From positions 1-50,196 of the forward strand of contig CAXGWX010000003.1 of the NCBI GenBank assembly GCA_964013445.1: a stretch of DNA of 50,196 nt, given 5' to 3'. The notes beneath the pieces are model-generated. The model did no database searches. It saw nothing but the letters and a program-made list of their open reading frames with translations, and had not been told where the DNA came from. The translations under genes and the position numbers were made by a program. Positions 10,601 to 19,756 of this stretch are shown piece after piece. Source of the DNA: an uncultured Bdellovibrionales bacterium (GTDB lineage: Bacteria; Myxococcota; XYA12-FULL-58-9; JASMKV01). Each line of letters begins with the position of its first letter. Positions within the stretch are counted from its first letter, which is position 1.

Positions 10601-12112
10601 AGAAGAGATAAGCCGAGCGTTGAGGCCCTTGGTTGTTGCTTCAAAATCAAAGTCTCCACTCAGACTGTCAAAGTGAATGCTTCCTGTTAAATCGACGTTT
10701 TGAGAATCATGTGTACGGTCAATCTCACCAATCAGGAAATTGGCCGGGCTACCATCAGCACCGGTGACTTCAATGTCTGCACTTAGACCACGCATTTCCA
10801 CATTGGGCAAATTGAGGACCATATCAGGGTGAGCTTTAGAGTAATCTCTGCTGAAGTGTGCAAGTGGCCTTTGGCTGTCGTTTCCTTGTATTGCGAGGGA
10901 TTCCAGTTTCAATCGATGTCGTCGCTCAATGCCAGGGGTTTCCAGATAGATATTTTCCCCTCGGAGTTCAGTGATGGCGCAATCTATGTGTTTTGGTTTA
11001 GTTTTATCCAGACTACCGTCCGCATGGCGGCTGGAGCGAATATTTGCATCAACCCTGATGTGGCCGTTGCCTGCGCTGAGAATACTGTCTTTGGCTTCCA
11101 TGGTCATTTGGGAAATATTCCCATTAAGGGCAACATCTAGATTGTCAAAGCTTCCGCTGCCTTCGATCTGCGTGTCTGGAGCAATATGAAGTTCGAGCCC
11201 GTCACCAAAGCTCATAGGGCCGGTTTTTAGGCTGCCACTAAACCTGATTTGCGCTTCAGAAAAGCGCAGCATACCATCCAACGAATTGGTTGCAGCGCTG
11301 CTGCGAGTGGATGGGCGACTGGTTGTGGAGTCAGTTCTTGTGTTTATATGGGCACTGGGGTTGGTGCCGTCTGTGTTCGTTGAGATGGTTCGATTTGCAC
11401 TAACGCCTTCGTGAGGGGGAGGGATTGGTTTACCGTTGAGCAGGTTAGATACCGAAAGTGGCTCTATTAGAGGTTGGGCTTGTGGCATTTGCCCATGGGA
11501 GGCTAAGAGCGCGACAAAATCTTCGATGTTTTCTGGTATCTTATCTCTGCCTAGTACTTTTTCGGTGATATTGGGGTCTGGAAAGCAGGGCACATCAGCC
11601 TTCAGTTGCCCATCCTTGTCGATATAAATTTGTTCTGCATCCCAAATAAATGGACCATCCAGATCGGTGCGTTCGCCATCGGAGTTTTCAAAGAGAATGC
11701 GCGTGTTCTTGCGATCGATGTTACCGTTTTTGACGGCCAGTTGTACATTCACCCAGGTGTCCTCACGCACTGTTGTTGGCCCGATCTCGTGACCAGCATT
11801 TAAAGGTATGCGTACTTCGACTGAACCATTTTGCACCTGACCGACAGCGGAAGATGAATCGAGGATGACCCTTGGACTGCTAAGAGAGCCCTGTACATTC
11901 AAAAGGCCGGCGGCCACTCGTTCAACATTGGTTGTGGTGCCAGGGGTAACTGCATGGTTGGCTGTAGAGCCTGTTTCAAGAAGATCACTTGGAGCCGTAT
12001 TGGTGGATGGGCTGGCCGCTGTGGTGGACGCCGAGCTGTGTTCTCTGGTGGTGCTGGACGGATCACTGGATGGCAAGGGCTGTCCCGGTCGTCTGACGCC
12101 TAAATCACTCAT
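7655..12112 (-). CDS. Large hypothetical beta-strand-rich protein (~1485 aa) with two-fold internal duplication and Ser/Thr-rich linkers
   Basis: Long uninterrupted ORF. The start is placed at ATG 12112 (MSDLGVRR) because the extension to 12499 overlaps the divergent hydrolase gene. No family recognised. Confidence 0.8.
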   Translation of the reverse strand: MSDLGVRRPGQPLPSSDPSSTTREHSSASTTAASPSTNTAPSDLLETGSTANHAVTPGTTTNVERVAAGLLNVQGSLSSPRVILDSSSAVGQVQNGSVEVRIPLNAGHEIGPTTVREDTWVNVQLAVKNGNIDRKNTRILFENSDGERTDLDGPFIWDAEQIYIDKDGQLKADVPCFPDPNITEKVLGRDKIPENIEDFVALLASHGQMPQAQPLIEPLSVSNLLNGKPIPPPHEGVSANRTISTNTDGTNPSAHINTRTDSTTSRPSTRSSAATNSLDGMLRFSEAQIRFSGSLKTGPMSFGDGLELHIAPDTQIEGSGSFDNLDVALNGNISQMTMEAKDSILSAGNGHIRVDANIRSSRHADGSLDKTKPKHIDCAITELRGENIYLETPGIERRHRLKLESLAIQGNDSQRPLAHFSRDYSKAHPDMVLNLPNVEMRGLSADIEVTGADGSPANFLIGEIDRTHDSQNVDLTGSIHFDSLSGDFDFEATTKGLNARLISSNGANEESVVELVESDHFNLSLNEALISGSGAIGLHSSGGVSSLNLDADDDNPWTFQIDVDDATFNGDPERTKLALDLSTDTHGVLRLDTFNLNEGQKPQFEGDAEFAVTLDALSFKAEDVPGLELKPGTQGTLKVHNMAWAEGDPSPSIDATLELKLGADALLDIENIPGLEGARVNIDAETGQTSLLMDVQLLGDGTLNSQVDINLKGLFLRTDFERGTGNAGTLPEIELPNEPIPEVGTMALLPVDDSLLMPGPENLSTSELSTSYVPTNLPDFAIQPMDIFTELEKAQIRLTCPLNRTSFNIANENNTHLEDLGILGSDKVGYTARVDLIVPSGQMSTALHVVNGKVAPNVSRLNVSPALKLDIDLTAYGYGPLSTSADVTATISSLVIRRDPKTGKGYLEPIYELEMSGALGIANIIDYVDSDDSFIKDMIRDRVNDELTSAVFGRKTIPLDEGELLELLSAQIPDLREPIQINSQDLVDSSLPSRNSSPEGGASSNRASSTPASSTSANTTSSVRTSTSSSNNLAQIVDLASAQLTVENTELKPTTLNLGDGQFISFAPDSQLALHGDLDDFTIEGKANISSLQLGKEEMGVNLGESTIDVKIRVKAGRAGASPTIELELSNITTTDLNLRGQVPSGKIDIKNARVQNASLVIQTGGSEEDTFNLKLPQIEGEFAGVVAPPVLDSHDTQTLIAVHHAHLKGNLELDSTGRVNIEDSVFSELSASIVSPPIIDKSLAGDIENANYVLNFQQVDVSGSALINVEGENWSIKSTVPGEATMQGRAIANDVAFGIIGPEIALDLAPQAEIEMSLENFSVDAEKNVQFAARDFQVLGTLDSGHITTSAPATDPDDASIVPKKITIQPGTRVAVDLDNFSANFADLEDSLLTAGTLRLEGALLEPGNVNELKHRSELGKLHLSNATYDRSDFRMIVGLKTDGLGNIAATSKTSLDFDATLEFEGNVNPNHLNNALEELNENE

Positions 12113-12304
12113 GCTTGCGGTCCCCGTTTTCCTGTCCTTGGATACAACTATCCCAGTATCGATTATTGAATCTACACAGGTTATCGGGGCAAGGGTATGC
12201 TTGTTGCTAAAAAAACTTAAGATCCTGAAATCATAGGAAAAAAAAAGATCCTGCTCTCTTTGTATTTGACAAAAACCAGGCTTTAGGTTGTCCTCAAGGA
12301 AGTC

Positions 12305-13234
12305 ATGCAGAGTGTAGAGAAATATATTCAAGCCCCCGATGGCACTTCGATTTTTGTCAGCATTAAGGGCAGCGGGCCAGCGTTGGTTCTTTCTGACGGC
12401 TTGGGTTGTGATGGCTTTATTTGGCGTTATCTGGAGCCGATGTTGAGTGAGCATTTTCAGGTGATTCATTGGCATTATCCAGGCCATGGATTTTCGCAAA
12501 TGCCTTGTGATCAGAATAGGGTTGGCATTGAGGATCTTAGAGATGTTTTAAAAACAGTGCTTGATGAATTGGGAGTAGAGAAGGCGATTCTTTTTGGGCA
12601 TTCCTTAGGAGTTAATGTGAGTTTGGATTTTGCGTTGACTCATCCAGGCCACACTGACGGTTTGGTTTTATGTTGTGGCAGTTATGCTGATCCGATTGCA
12701 ACTTTTCATGACACTGAGCTGTCAGAATATATTTTTGAAGGTCTCAACTTTTTTACAAAACGTTACCCTGAGGTTAGCCGCGGTGTCTGGCGTGGTCTTC
12801 TCGGTTCTGGCCTGGGTTTTCAACTTGCAAAAATTTCAGAGATTAATGGTGAACTCTTGCGTCCCGCAGACATGAAACCCTACTTTGACCATTTGGCGAA
12901 AATGAATGTGGAGCTATATTTTCACATGGCGGGGCAGGCCAGAGGGCATACTACAGAAGGAAGGTTGGGCAATATTTCTGCTCCAGCATTAATCATCGCA
13001 GGAGAAAATGATACATTTACTCCCTGCTGGTTGTCCCAGAGAATGGAGCAGGGAATCCCGCAAGCGGAACTCTATATTGTTCCCGATGGCACCCATGTTG
13101 CGCCTTTGGAAGATCAAATGGGGGTAAATCGCAAGGTTCATGATTTTTTAGAAGGCAGCGGATTGCTGAATAAAATTACGAACAAAAAGCCAAGAAAGAA
13201 AACAAAAAAGAAAGCGATAAGGAAAACAGTATAA
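12305..13234 (+). CDS. Alpha/beta fold hydrolase
   Basis: GHGFS, nucleophile elbow GHSLG, GENDTFTP, GTH; Lys-rich C-terminal tail. Confidence 0.9.
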   Translation: MQSVEKYIQAPDGTSIFVSIKGSGPALVLSDGLGCDGFIWRYLEPMLSEHFQVIHWHYPGHGFSQMPCDQNRVGIEDLRDVLKTVLDELGVEKAILFGHSLGVNVSLDFALTHPGHTDGLVLCCGSYADPIATFHDTELSEYIFEGLNFFTKRYPEVSRGVWRGLLGSGLGFQLAKISEINGELLRPADMKPYFDHLAKMNVELYFHMAGQARGHTTEGRLGNISAPALIIAGENDTFTPCWLSQRMEQGIPQAELYIVPDGTHVAPLEDQMGVNRKVHDFLEGSGLLNKITNKKPRKKTKKKAIRKTV

Positions 13235-13620
13235 TGGGTTTGCGCGTGGAGATTTCTGTCGGCGAGTTAGTTGATAAGATTACAATTTTGGAAATCAAAT
13301 TAATGTTTATTGAAGATGATGCGAAACGGGAGAATATTAATAAAGAACTCAATACCCTTAACAGTTCTTTTGTTGAGGACGTTGGTGAGGGCGAAGAAAT
13401 CTTAGTTCTCAAAGAGAGTTTGAAGAAAGTCAATTTGGAACTCTGGCGAATTGAAGACGATATACGGGAATGTGAACGCCAGAGTAACTTTGGTGACGAT
13501 TTCATAAAGCTCGCGCGTGCCGTTTATCACACCAATGACAAGCGGGCAGCCTTAAAACGAGAAGTTAACGAGCTTGTTGGTTCAGAATTGGTGGAGGAAA
13601 AATCCTACGCCGCTTATTAA
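13234..13620 (+). CDS. DUF6165 family protein
   Basis: EISVGELVDKITILEIK, LWRIEDDIR, LARAVY..ND.RA.LK, EEKSY; TAATG overlap with the hydrolase. Confidence 0.8.
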   Translation: MGLRVEISVGELVDKITILEIKLMFIEDDAKRENINKELNTLNSSFVEDVGEGEEILVLKESLKKVNLELWRIEDDIRECERQSNFGDDFIKLARAVYHTNDKRAALKREVNELVGSELVEEKSYAAY

Positions 13621-13625
13621 AAGGC

Positions 13626-14120
13626 TTATTGAAGCACGGTTAGCACGGGTTTCAGAATCTGAACAACGCGTATCCTGATATCCACAAGCTTTGATAGTTC
13701 ACGGCGCTCGATGATGGCAATGGCGCCCCTTTGTTGGGAGACGAAGCTCCCTACATCATAGGCACGATGAATAACCTTCAACGGTAATCGTTCACCGGAA
13801 GCCATCAGCTTATGCCAGTGTGATTGAAGCTTGTCCGGGCCCATTTCCAGGACATCTCGATAAAATCGATAAGCGCTCTCTTTGACGACTGGGCGTAGAA
13901 CGGGAAAAATGCGTTGTCCATCAGGCCAATGTTCACTTTGCCCGGTGTAGATGTCACGCAGTGTTTGATAGTCGACCTCCGCAAGTTCTACTTGTGGGTT
14001 AACAATAGCTATAAGTTCAAGCCCTTCAGTGTTTGCTTTAGCACTCGTAGATATGAGGAGTGGCAGGGCAAGGAAGAGGTTAAAAAAGATTATCTTACGA
14101 AAAGTGGTGTGTTCTTGCAT
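13626..14120 (-). CDS. Small exported periplasmic-binding-protein-like (phosphate-ABC SBP-like) protein
   Basis: Signal peptide; IVNP..., LRDIYTG...WPDG, FV....GAIAI pattern; abuts the porin-like gene. Confidence 0.65.
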   Translation of the reverse strand: MQEHTTFRKIIFFNLFLALPLLISTSAKANTEGLELIAIVNPQVELAEVDYQTLRDIYTGQSEHWPDGQRIFPVLRPVVKESAYRFYRDVLEMGPDKLQSHWHKLMASGERLPLKVIHRAYDVGSFVSQQRGAIAIIERRELSKLVDIRIRVVQILKPVLTVLQ

Positions 14121-15428
14121 TTAGTTTAACTCCCAGAAATATGCAGCAGACATTATGTAGCTCGAATAGAGAACGGATTGATTGTTAAATTTTACCCGAT
14201 TACTGTCGTATTCTGCTTTGATTGCGATTGCTGGTATTGGCTTAAAAATCATCCCAAAAGAAAACTTCTCAAATTTCCCGTCCTGAGACCTACCGGCTTT
14301 CTCGTCGCCACCAAATTCCTTCGCAGCAATTGTTTCAGGGTTTTTGTAGTAGTCATAATTAATGTAAGGAGTAACAAACCCGAATTCTGTTTCCCAGGTA
14401 TAGGCAAGACGCATCAAATAGGAGCTGACCGTATAATTTGTTTGCAAGGGAATGCTGTCACTGGCGCTTGAGTCACCAGTAATGCCGTCGAGGCCAAAGC
14501 GTTGCAGCTGTGTGGGGTTGAGGTAGGTTGCTGCTTCAAGAGCTTGAATCTGTTCGATGTCACGTTCAGCTTTGTGGCTTGAACTCCAGTATTCAAGGTC
14601 GAGATTAAAGCCGAGGTGCGCAAGTCGCATATAGGAACCATAAACATTAAATTTATCTTTATCCATCCAGTTTTGTACGGGGCTGTTCTTGAGTTCACCA
14701 ATTTCAGTGCTTGGTGCCACCGCATTTCCATTGGAGGAGTAGTAGGAAGCGCCAAAGCGAAAGAAGTTGTTGTAGAGGTAATAGATGTCCGTTCCGAATG
14801 GAGTCTGGCTAGCGGCTCGTAGATCGTTGCCGGTTGTAAAGGCGTAGCGGAGTGTGTGACCCGAACCGCTAATACGGCCGTGCAGCATAAGGTTGGTGGT
14901 GGGAGAAATCATTGTATGATTTTCTCCCAGATACTCAGGAAGTTGAGCAGATAACCTGGTTGTTACGCTGTCGCGAACTTCATTGTAGAGTCCGAATGGT
15001 CGATAGAATTTCCCCAACCTTAGTTTAAGTGCTTCGCCGTTGAGGCCAATGTCCATCCAAGCGTTATTAAGCGCAACTCCGTCTTCGTCATTGATGTTTA
15101 AGTTTAGGAATCCGTTGAATAGATTGCCTTTCATGCTTTGCAGCATGAGATGGGCGTGCGGTATGTTATATTGATGAGCATCGCTGTCGTAGGTGGTCGA
15201 GCCTGCTTCGTTAATACCTTCCGGGTAGTCACTGGATTTTTGTAGATTTGTTTCAATGACCCCATAGACATGACTATGATTTTCTGGTCCAGAGAATTGG
15301 TTCAGGAGATATTGAAAGATGCCTGCATTTTCTGGGACCTGGGCACTTTGAGTTTGGGCAAAGCCATCTTGTGCCTGTAGCAAACAGAGCATGGTACAGG
15401 TTAGGGTTATCAAACGTAATTTTTGCAT
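14121..15428 (-). CDS. Putative outer-membrane porin / beta-barrel protein
   Basis: Signal peptide; LRLGKFYRPFGLYNE motif typical of phosphate-porin-like barrels; amphipathic aromatic-rich strands; AIKAEY and a terminal aromatic strand. Confidence 0.7.
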   Translation of the reverse strand: MQKLRLITLTCTMLCLLQAQDGFAQTQSAQVPENAGIFQYLLNQFSGPENHSHVYGVIETNLQKSSDYPEGINEAGSTTYDSDAHQYNIPHAHLMLQSMKGNLFNGFLNLNINDEDGVALNNAWMDIGLNGEALKLRLGKFYRPFGLYNEVRDSVTTRLSAQLPEYLGENHTMISPTTNLMLHGRISGSGHTLRYAFTTGNDLRAASQTPFGTDIYYLYNNFFRFGASYYSSNGNAVAPSTEIGELKNSPVQNWMDKDKFNVYGSYMRLAHLGFNLDLEYWSSSHKAERDIEQIQALEAATYLNPTQLQRFGLDGITGDSSASDSIPLQTNYTVSSYLMRLAYTWETEFGFVTPYINYDYYKNPETIAAKEFGGDEKAGRSQDGKFEKFSFGMIFKPIPAIAIKAEYDSNRVKFNNQSVLYSSYIMSAAYFWELN

Positions 15429-15607
15429 GCATTCTCCTGCTCGGGTGGAATACTCTTCAACACTGCTTCTTTTTTAAGAGTAGACGCACGAAACCCACTG
15501 GCTCCGCACTCTGCTCAGGCCAATTTTAAGCGGAAATGAAAATCAAGCAAAATTGCTGCAACTTTTATTCTGAGACTAGAAAGTGCCTATTTATTAGTGA
15601 GTTAGGG

Positions 15608-17734
15608 CTATTTGACTGGAGTGCCGGGGGCTGCCTGGCCGTCAGGCTGCACCAGAGTTAAGGTGTTATCGCCATTGGCCGCCAAGAGCATTCCCTGGCT
15701 TTCCACGCCCATGAGTTTTGCGGATGCAAGGTTCGTTACCACCACTACTGTCCTGCCGATAATATCTTCTGGACTGTAGCTCTCTTTAATTCCCGCAACA
15801 ATCTGGCGTGGTTTTTCTTCGCCCACATCAACTTGAAGTTTAAGGAGGCGATCACTTTTGGCAATGGGTTCTGCTTCCAGGACCTTCCCTGTTTTAAGTT
15901 CGACTTTTTGAAAATCACTGAATTGAATTTCGTTTTTAGAAGGGCTGCCGTTGGTTTTTCCGCCTTTGGAGCTTTTAACCTCTTGTTGCTCTGCAAATCT
16001 TTTCTGTGATGTTGTAATAAGTTTATCCATTGCTTTCTTTTCGATGCGCTCAAAGAGTCGCTTAAATTCACCGACAGGTCGCAACCGTTCTTGAAAAAGG
16101 GCTGTGCTGTCCATTTTGTCTATTTTAGAGTTTAAGATTGAGGCAGCATCGTCGGCAAATCGAGGAACAATAGGCCAGAGATACATTGCCAAGGCATGAC
16201 AAATATTCAAGGTCATGGTGATGGTTTCTTTAGCTTTCTCCGGATCGCTTTTGAGCTCATCCCATGGCTTTCGATTTTGCATGAATTCGTTGCCGATTTC
16301 CGCAATGTGGGTAATTTCTCGAAGAGCGAGAGAGAATTTTCTTTGCCGATAGAGACCCTCAACTTTTTTAGCGCTTTGTACCACTTGGCGGGCAATGGTT
16401 AAAAGCTCGTTAGTGCTTTCTCCCTCTTGTAGGGCATCTTCCGCCGCAAAAGGTAAATCTCCGAGCTTACCGTCAAGCTTAGAGAGAAGGAATTGTCCGG
16501 CCCGGCTGAATAGATTTGTGTGTTTGTTAACCAGATCACTGTTAATTTTTAAAACAAAATCCTCAACGCTTAAGTCCAGGTCATCGCTTTCGCCGTTGTC
16601 TTTGGAGGCGAAATAGTAACGCAACGCTTGTGGCTCAACATTTGCTGCAAAGTCTGCCGCAGAGATAAAGGTTCCTCGGCTCTTTGACATCTTTTTGCCG
16701 TCAACAGTAAGCATTCCATGGACATGGACATGCTTGGGGAGTGTGAATGTTGAGCTGTTTAGGACCGCTGGCCAAAAGAGAGTGTGAAAATAGATGATAT
16801 CTTTGCCGATAAAATGTTCAATAGTGGTATTTGGGTTTTTCCAGATATTTAAGAAGTCAGTATTGTTTGCTTCAGCCCATTCTTTGGTAGCGGCAATATA
16901 TCCTATGGGCGCATCAAGCCAAACATAGAAAAATTTATTTGGGTGTTCAGGTATTTCAAAGCCAAAATAGGGGCCGTCACGACTGATGCACCAGTCTTGA
17001 AGTCCGTCTTTGACCCAGCTTCGTACATAGTTGGCAACATCTTTTTGTAATGCGTCACCGTTTAACCACTCTTGTAGAAAGGCTGTGTTTTCTGCGGAGC
17101 TTAGTTTGAAAAATAAATGCTTCGAACTTCTGGTTTCAAGCTTTTTGCCGGGCTTTCCTTGCTGCGTGCAAGTGGCGCAAAAGGGGTCCTTGAGCTCGGT
17201 GGGACTATGGGTGCTTCCACACTGTTCACAAACATCTCCATATTGGTCCTCAGCATCGCATTTAGGACATGTTCCTTTGACGAAGCGATCGGGGAGAAAT
17301 CGTTCACAGCCATTACACCAGTTGCCATCTATTTCTTTTTCAAAAATATTACCGGAGTTTTTTAGCTCTGCAAAAATAGAATGAGTTAGCTCTTTGTTGG
17401 CCGGATTATGCGTTAATCCAAAGTGGTCGAAACGCACATCGAACTTTATAAAGTCCTCTTGATGCTCATCATGATATTTCTGCACAAGAGTTTCAGGCGG
17501 GATGCCTTGGCTTTGTGCATTGAGTTCGATGGGGGTACCGTGGCTATCGCTGGCGCAAATATATAAAGCATTTTCACCTAAGCGATTTAGAGCACGGGTA
17601 TACATATCCGCTTGGCAATATTCGAGCAAGTGACCAATGTGTAGGCTTCCATTGGCATAAGGAAGAGCAGCGGTAACGATGCGCGGTGGTGTCATTTCAG
17701 GTACCTCGTCTTTTGGAGTATTCTCATTATCCAA
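15608..17734 (-). CDS. metG: Methionine--tRNA ligase with C-terminal tRNA-binding domain
   Basis: ALPYANGSLHIGH (HIGH), Zn knuckles, YVWLDAPIGY, KMSKS, C-terminal Trbp111-like domain. TTG start; alternative ATG at 17695. Confidence 0.97.
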   Translation of the reverse strand: MDNENTPKDEVPEMTPPRIVTAALPYANGSLHIGHLLEYCQADMYTRALNRLGENALYICASDSHGTPIELNAQSQGIPPETLVQKYHDEHQEDFIKFDVRFDHFGLTHNPANKELTHSIFAELKNSGNIFEKEIDGNWCNGCERFLPDRFVKGTCPKCDAEDQYGDVCEQCGSTHSPTELKDPFCATCTQQGKPGKKLETRSSKHLFFKLSSAENTAFLQEWLNGDALQKDVANYVRSWVKDGLQDWCISRDGPYFGFEIPEHPNKFFYVWLDAPIGYIAATKEWAEANNTDFLNIWKNPNTTIEHFIGKDIIYFHTLFWPAVLNSSTFTLPKHVHVHGMLTVDGKKMSKSRGTFISAADFAANVEPQALRYYFASKDNGESDDLDLSVEDFVLKINSDLVNKHTNLFSRAGQFLLSKLDGKLGDLPFAAEDALQEGESTNELLTIARQVVQSAKKVEGLYRQRKFSLALREITHIAEIGNEFMQNRKPWDELKSDPEKAKETITMTLNICHALAMYLWPIVPRFADDAASILNSKIDKMDSTALFQERLRPVGEFKRLFERIEKKAMDKLITTSQKRFAEQQEVKSSKGGKTNGSPSKNEIQFSDFQKVELKTGKVLEAEPIAKSDRLLKLQVDVGEEKPRQIVAGIKESYSPEDIIGRTVVVVTNLASAKLMGVESQGMLLAANGDNTLTLVQPDGQAAPGTPVK

Positions 17735-17759
17735 TGATGGGCCGAGAGCAAAGGAGAAT

Positions 17760-18731
17760 TTACTTGTCTTTGCCCTTAAAACGTCTTCTTTTATTCCTAT
17801 ACTTGCCAGTCTTATTGCCGGTTTTGGAGTTTGAAGCGTCCTGTGCGACAGCTTGTTGTTTCGCTTGGTTGGTTTGTTTTATTTCGTCTTGAGAGAGAGA
17901 CTTTACGTCGGAGGCTGTAAAGCTTGCAAAGCTACCATTTCTCAGCTCAACTTTAACCTCTTGCTTGAAAATAGAGATATCAATGACTTTTCCCTGCCCT
18001 TCAGGGGTATGCACTTGTTTTCCTGTTTTCGGGAGATGTTTTTTTAGCTCTAGATAGGTGTCCTGCTCGTAGGATAAACAACAGCGCAAGCGCCCACACA
18101 CGCCGGAAAGCTTTTGTTGGTTGAGGGCAAGGTTTTGAGTCTTGGCAAGGCGTAGGGAAATGGGTTTGAAGGAGGGGAGCCAGGTTGAACAGCAGAGTTC
18201 TCGCCCACATATTCCCAGCCCACCTGTGTGCCGAGCGGCATCACGTACGCCAATTTGACGCATTTCAATGCGAGTATGAAATCGTTTTGCCAAATCCTTC
18301 ACCAATGCCCGAAAGTCGATACGGTTGGCGCTGGTAAAATAAAATATTGCCCGTTTCCCTGAATGGGAGAATTCGACATCAACGAGTTTCATATTCAACT
18401 TGTGTTCGGTGATAAGTTCTTTGCAATAGTGTTTGGCTTCTTGCTCCCTCTTGCTATGGCGCGTGATGGTGTCTTGGTCTTGGTCGTCGAGAAGCCTTAA
18501 GGTTTTGTATTTCGGCTCCAATTCGCTCTTAGGGATGTCGGTTGTCAGAACTGTAGCGAGCTCCTCACCTTTTTCAGTATCGACAATAATTTGCTGCTGT
18601 GGCCTTAACTCACTAATATCATTGCGTAGTTCATTTTTCTGCCCGGTTACTCGAAAGCGAACAATAACCCGCCCACTGCCCTGAGTGCTGGGCTCTGTCT
18701 CTTGATCGCTTGTTGATTTGGGCGAGTCCAT
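17760..18731 (-). CDS. ricT: PSP1-domain / RicT (YaaT) family protein
   Basis: RIDFRALVKDLA, RIEMRQIGVRD, GICGRELCC, SGVCGRLRCCLSYE; conserved holB-ricT-metG order. Confidence 0.9.
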   Translation of the reverse strand: MDSPKSTSDQETEPSTQGSGRVIVRFRVTGQKNELRNDISELRPQQQIIVDTEKGEELATVLTTDIPKSELEPKYKTLRLLDDQDQDTITRHSKREQEAKHYCKELITEHKLNMKLVDVEFSHSGKRAIFYFTSANRIDFRALVKDLAKRFHTRIEMRQIGVRDAARHTGGLGICGRELCCSTWLPSFKPISLRLAKTQNLALNQQKLSGVCGRLRCCLSYEQDTYLELKKHLPKTGKQVHTPEGQGKVIDISIFKQEVKVELRNGSFASFTASDVKSLSQDEIKQTNQAKQQAVAQDASNSKTGNKTGKYRNKRRRFKGKDK

Positions 18732-19699
18732 CACTGAGATTGTGCCGCAGAAATGTCCAAAAGTACACTTTCGAGCGCCATTGGACGGTTAAGAGCGATA
18801 TGTTTGTAAGCCCGGAGTTTTTGAATTTGTGAACAAAGTTTTTCAAGTGCTGCAGCTGATAGGTTAAATGGTGCGAGCAGTGGCTCGGCGTAAAGATTTT
18901 CTGACTGTGCACCAAAGCGTCTGGCCATTTCATCCCGAATCAAAATTTCGAGAAGATTTAAGGTCAGCAAAAACGTTTCACGAGATTTAGCAAGATCTGC
19001 AATGGTATGAAAAAGGTTTGAATTATTTGCCTGCAAGCAGCTTTTAAGTTGCGGAAAGACTGTAGCTATGCCCTGTTCTTTAAGGCTCTGAGCCTCGTCT
19101 TTGTGATTGCCTGAGAGTACGGCAATGAAGTCCTGAAGGTCATTGTTTAATTCGTTTTCGGCGCACCAGGCTTTGATTTCATCCCGACTTAAATCATTGA
19201 CATGAATACCTTGCGCACGTGAGCGGACAGTGATCAGCAATCTTCTGGGCTGTTTAATACAGAGAATAAAGTGAGTATTTGCAGGGGGCTCCTCAAGTGC
19301 TTTGAGCATGGCGTTTTGTGCGGACGCATTCATTGTATCCGCGCCAACAATCATAAATATCTTTCGTTCAGATTGAGTGGCGCTCAAGAAAAGCTTTTGT
19401 AAGGTCTGGCGAATCATATCGATGGTAATGACCCCTTTGTCATTGGGGACAACTTGAAAGAAGTCCGGGTGCCGGGCTTGGCTGAGATGGGTGCAGCTGG
19501 CACATTCTCCACAGTGATCGGCTCCATTCCGAGCATTGCAGAGAAGGCTTGCGGAAAACGTATGGGCAAGCTCAGTGTTGCTGCCCAGGTGCGGTCCGTG
19601 AAACAGGTAGGCCTGATGTAACCGCTCTTGTTCCAGGGAGCGGATAAGCGTCATTGTTGGCCTGGGAAACAAGTGTTGCAGCTCAGATAGATTAGCCAT
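18731..19699 (-). CDS. holB: DNA polymerase III subunit delta'
   Basis: HQAYLFHGP, CGECASC..HPDF, AQNAMLKALEEPP, TVRSR. Confidence 0.92.
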   Translation of the reverse strand: MANLSELQHLFPRPTMTLIRSLEQERLHQAYLFHGPHLGSNTELAHTFSASLLCNARNGADHCGECASCTHLSQARHPDFFQVVPNDKGVITIDMIRQTLQKLFLSATQSERKIFMIVGADTMNASAQNAMLKALEEPPANTHFILCIKQPRRLLITVRSRAQGIHVNDLSRDEIKAWCAENELNNDLQDFIAVLSGNHKDEAQSLKEQGIATVFPQLKSCLQANNSNLFHTIADLAKSRETFLLTLNLLEILIRDEMARRFGAQSENLYAEPLLAPFNLSAAALEKLCSQIQKLRAYKHIALNRPMALESVLLDISAAQSQ

Positions 19700-19756
19700 A
19701 ATCTTAATTACATCTTCAAAGTAAAAGTCTCAAACGGGAAAGTTACTTTTAATGCC

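Noticed and set aside
12113-12499. N-terminal 129-aa extension of the 1614-aa ORF
   Set aside because: It overlaps the divergent alpha/beta hydrolase and an AT-rich intergenic region; ATG 12112 is more plausible.
19560-19625. Degenerate Walker A in HolB (GPHLGSNT)
   Set aside because: Delta' subunits do not hydrolyse ATP and commonly have a degenerate P-loop.
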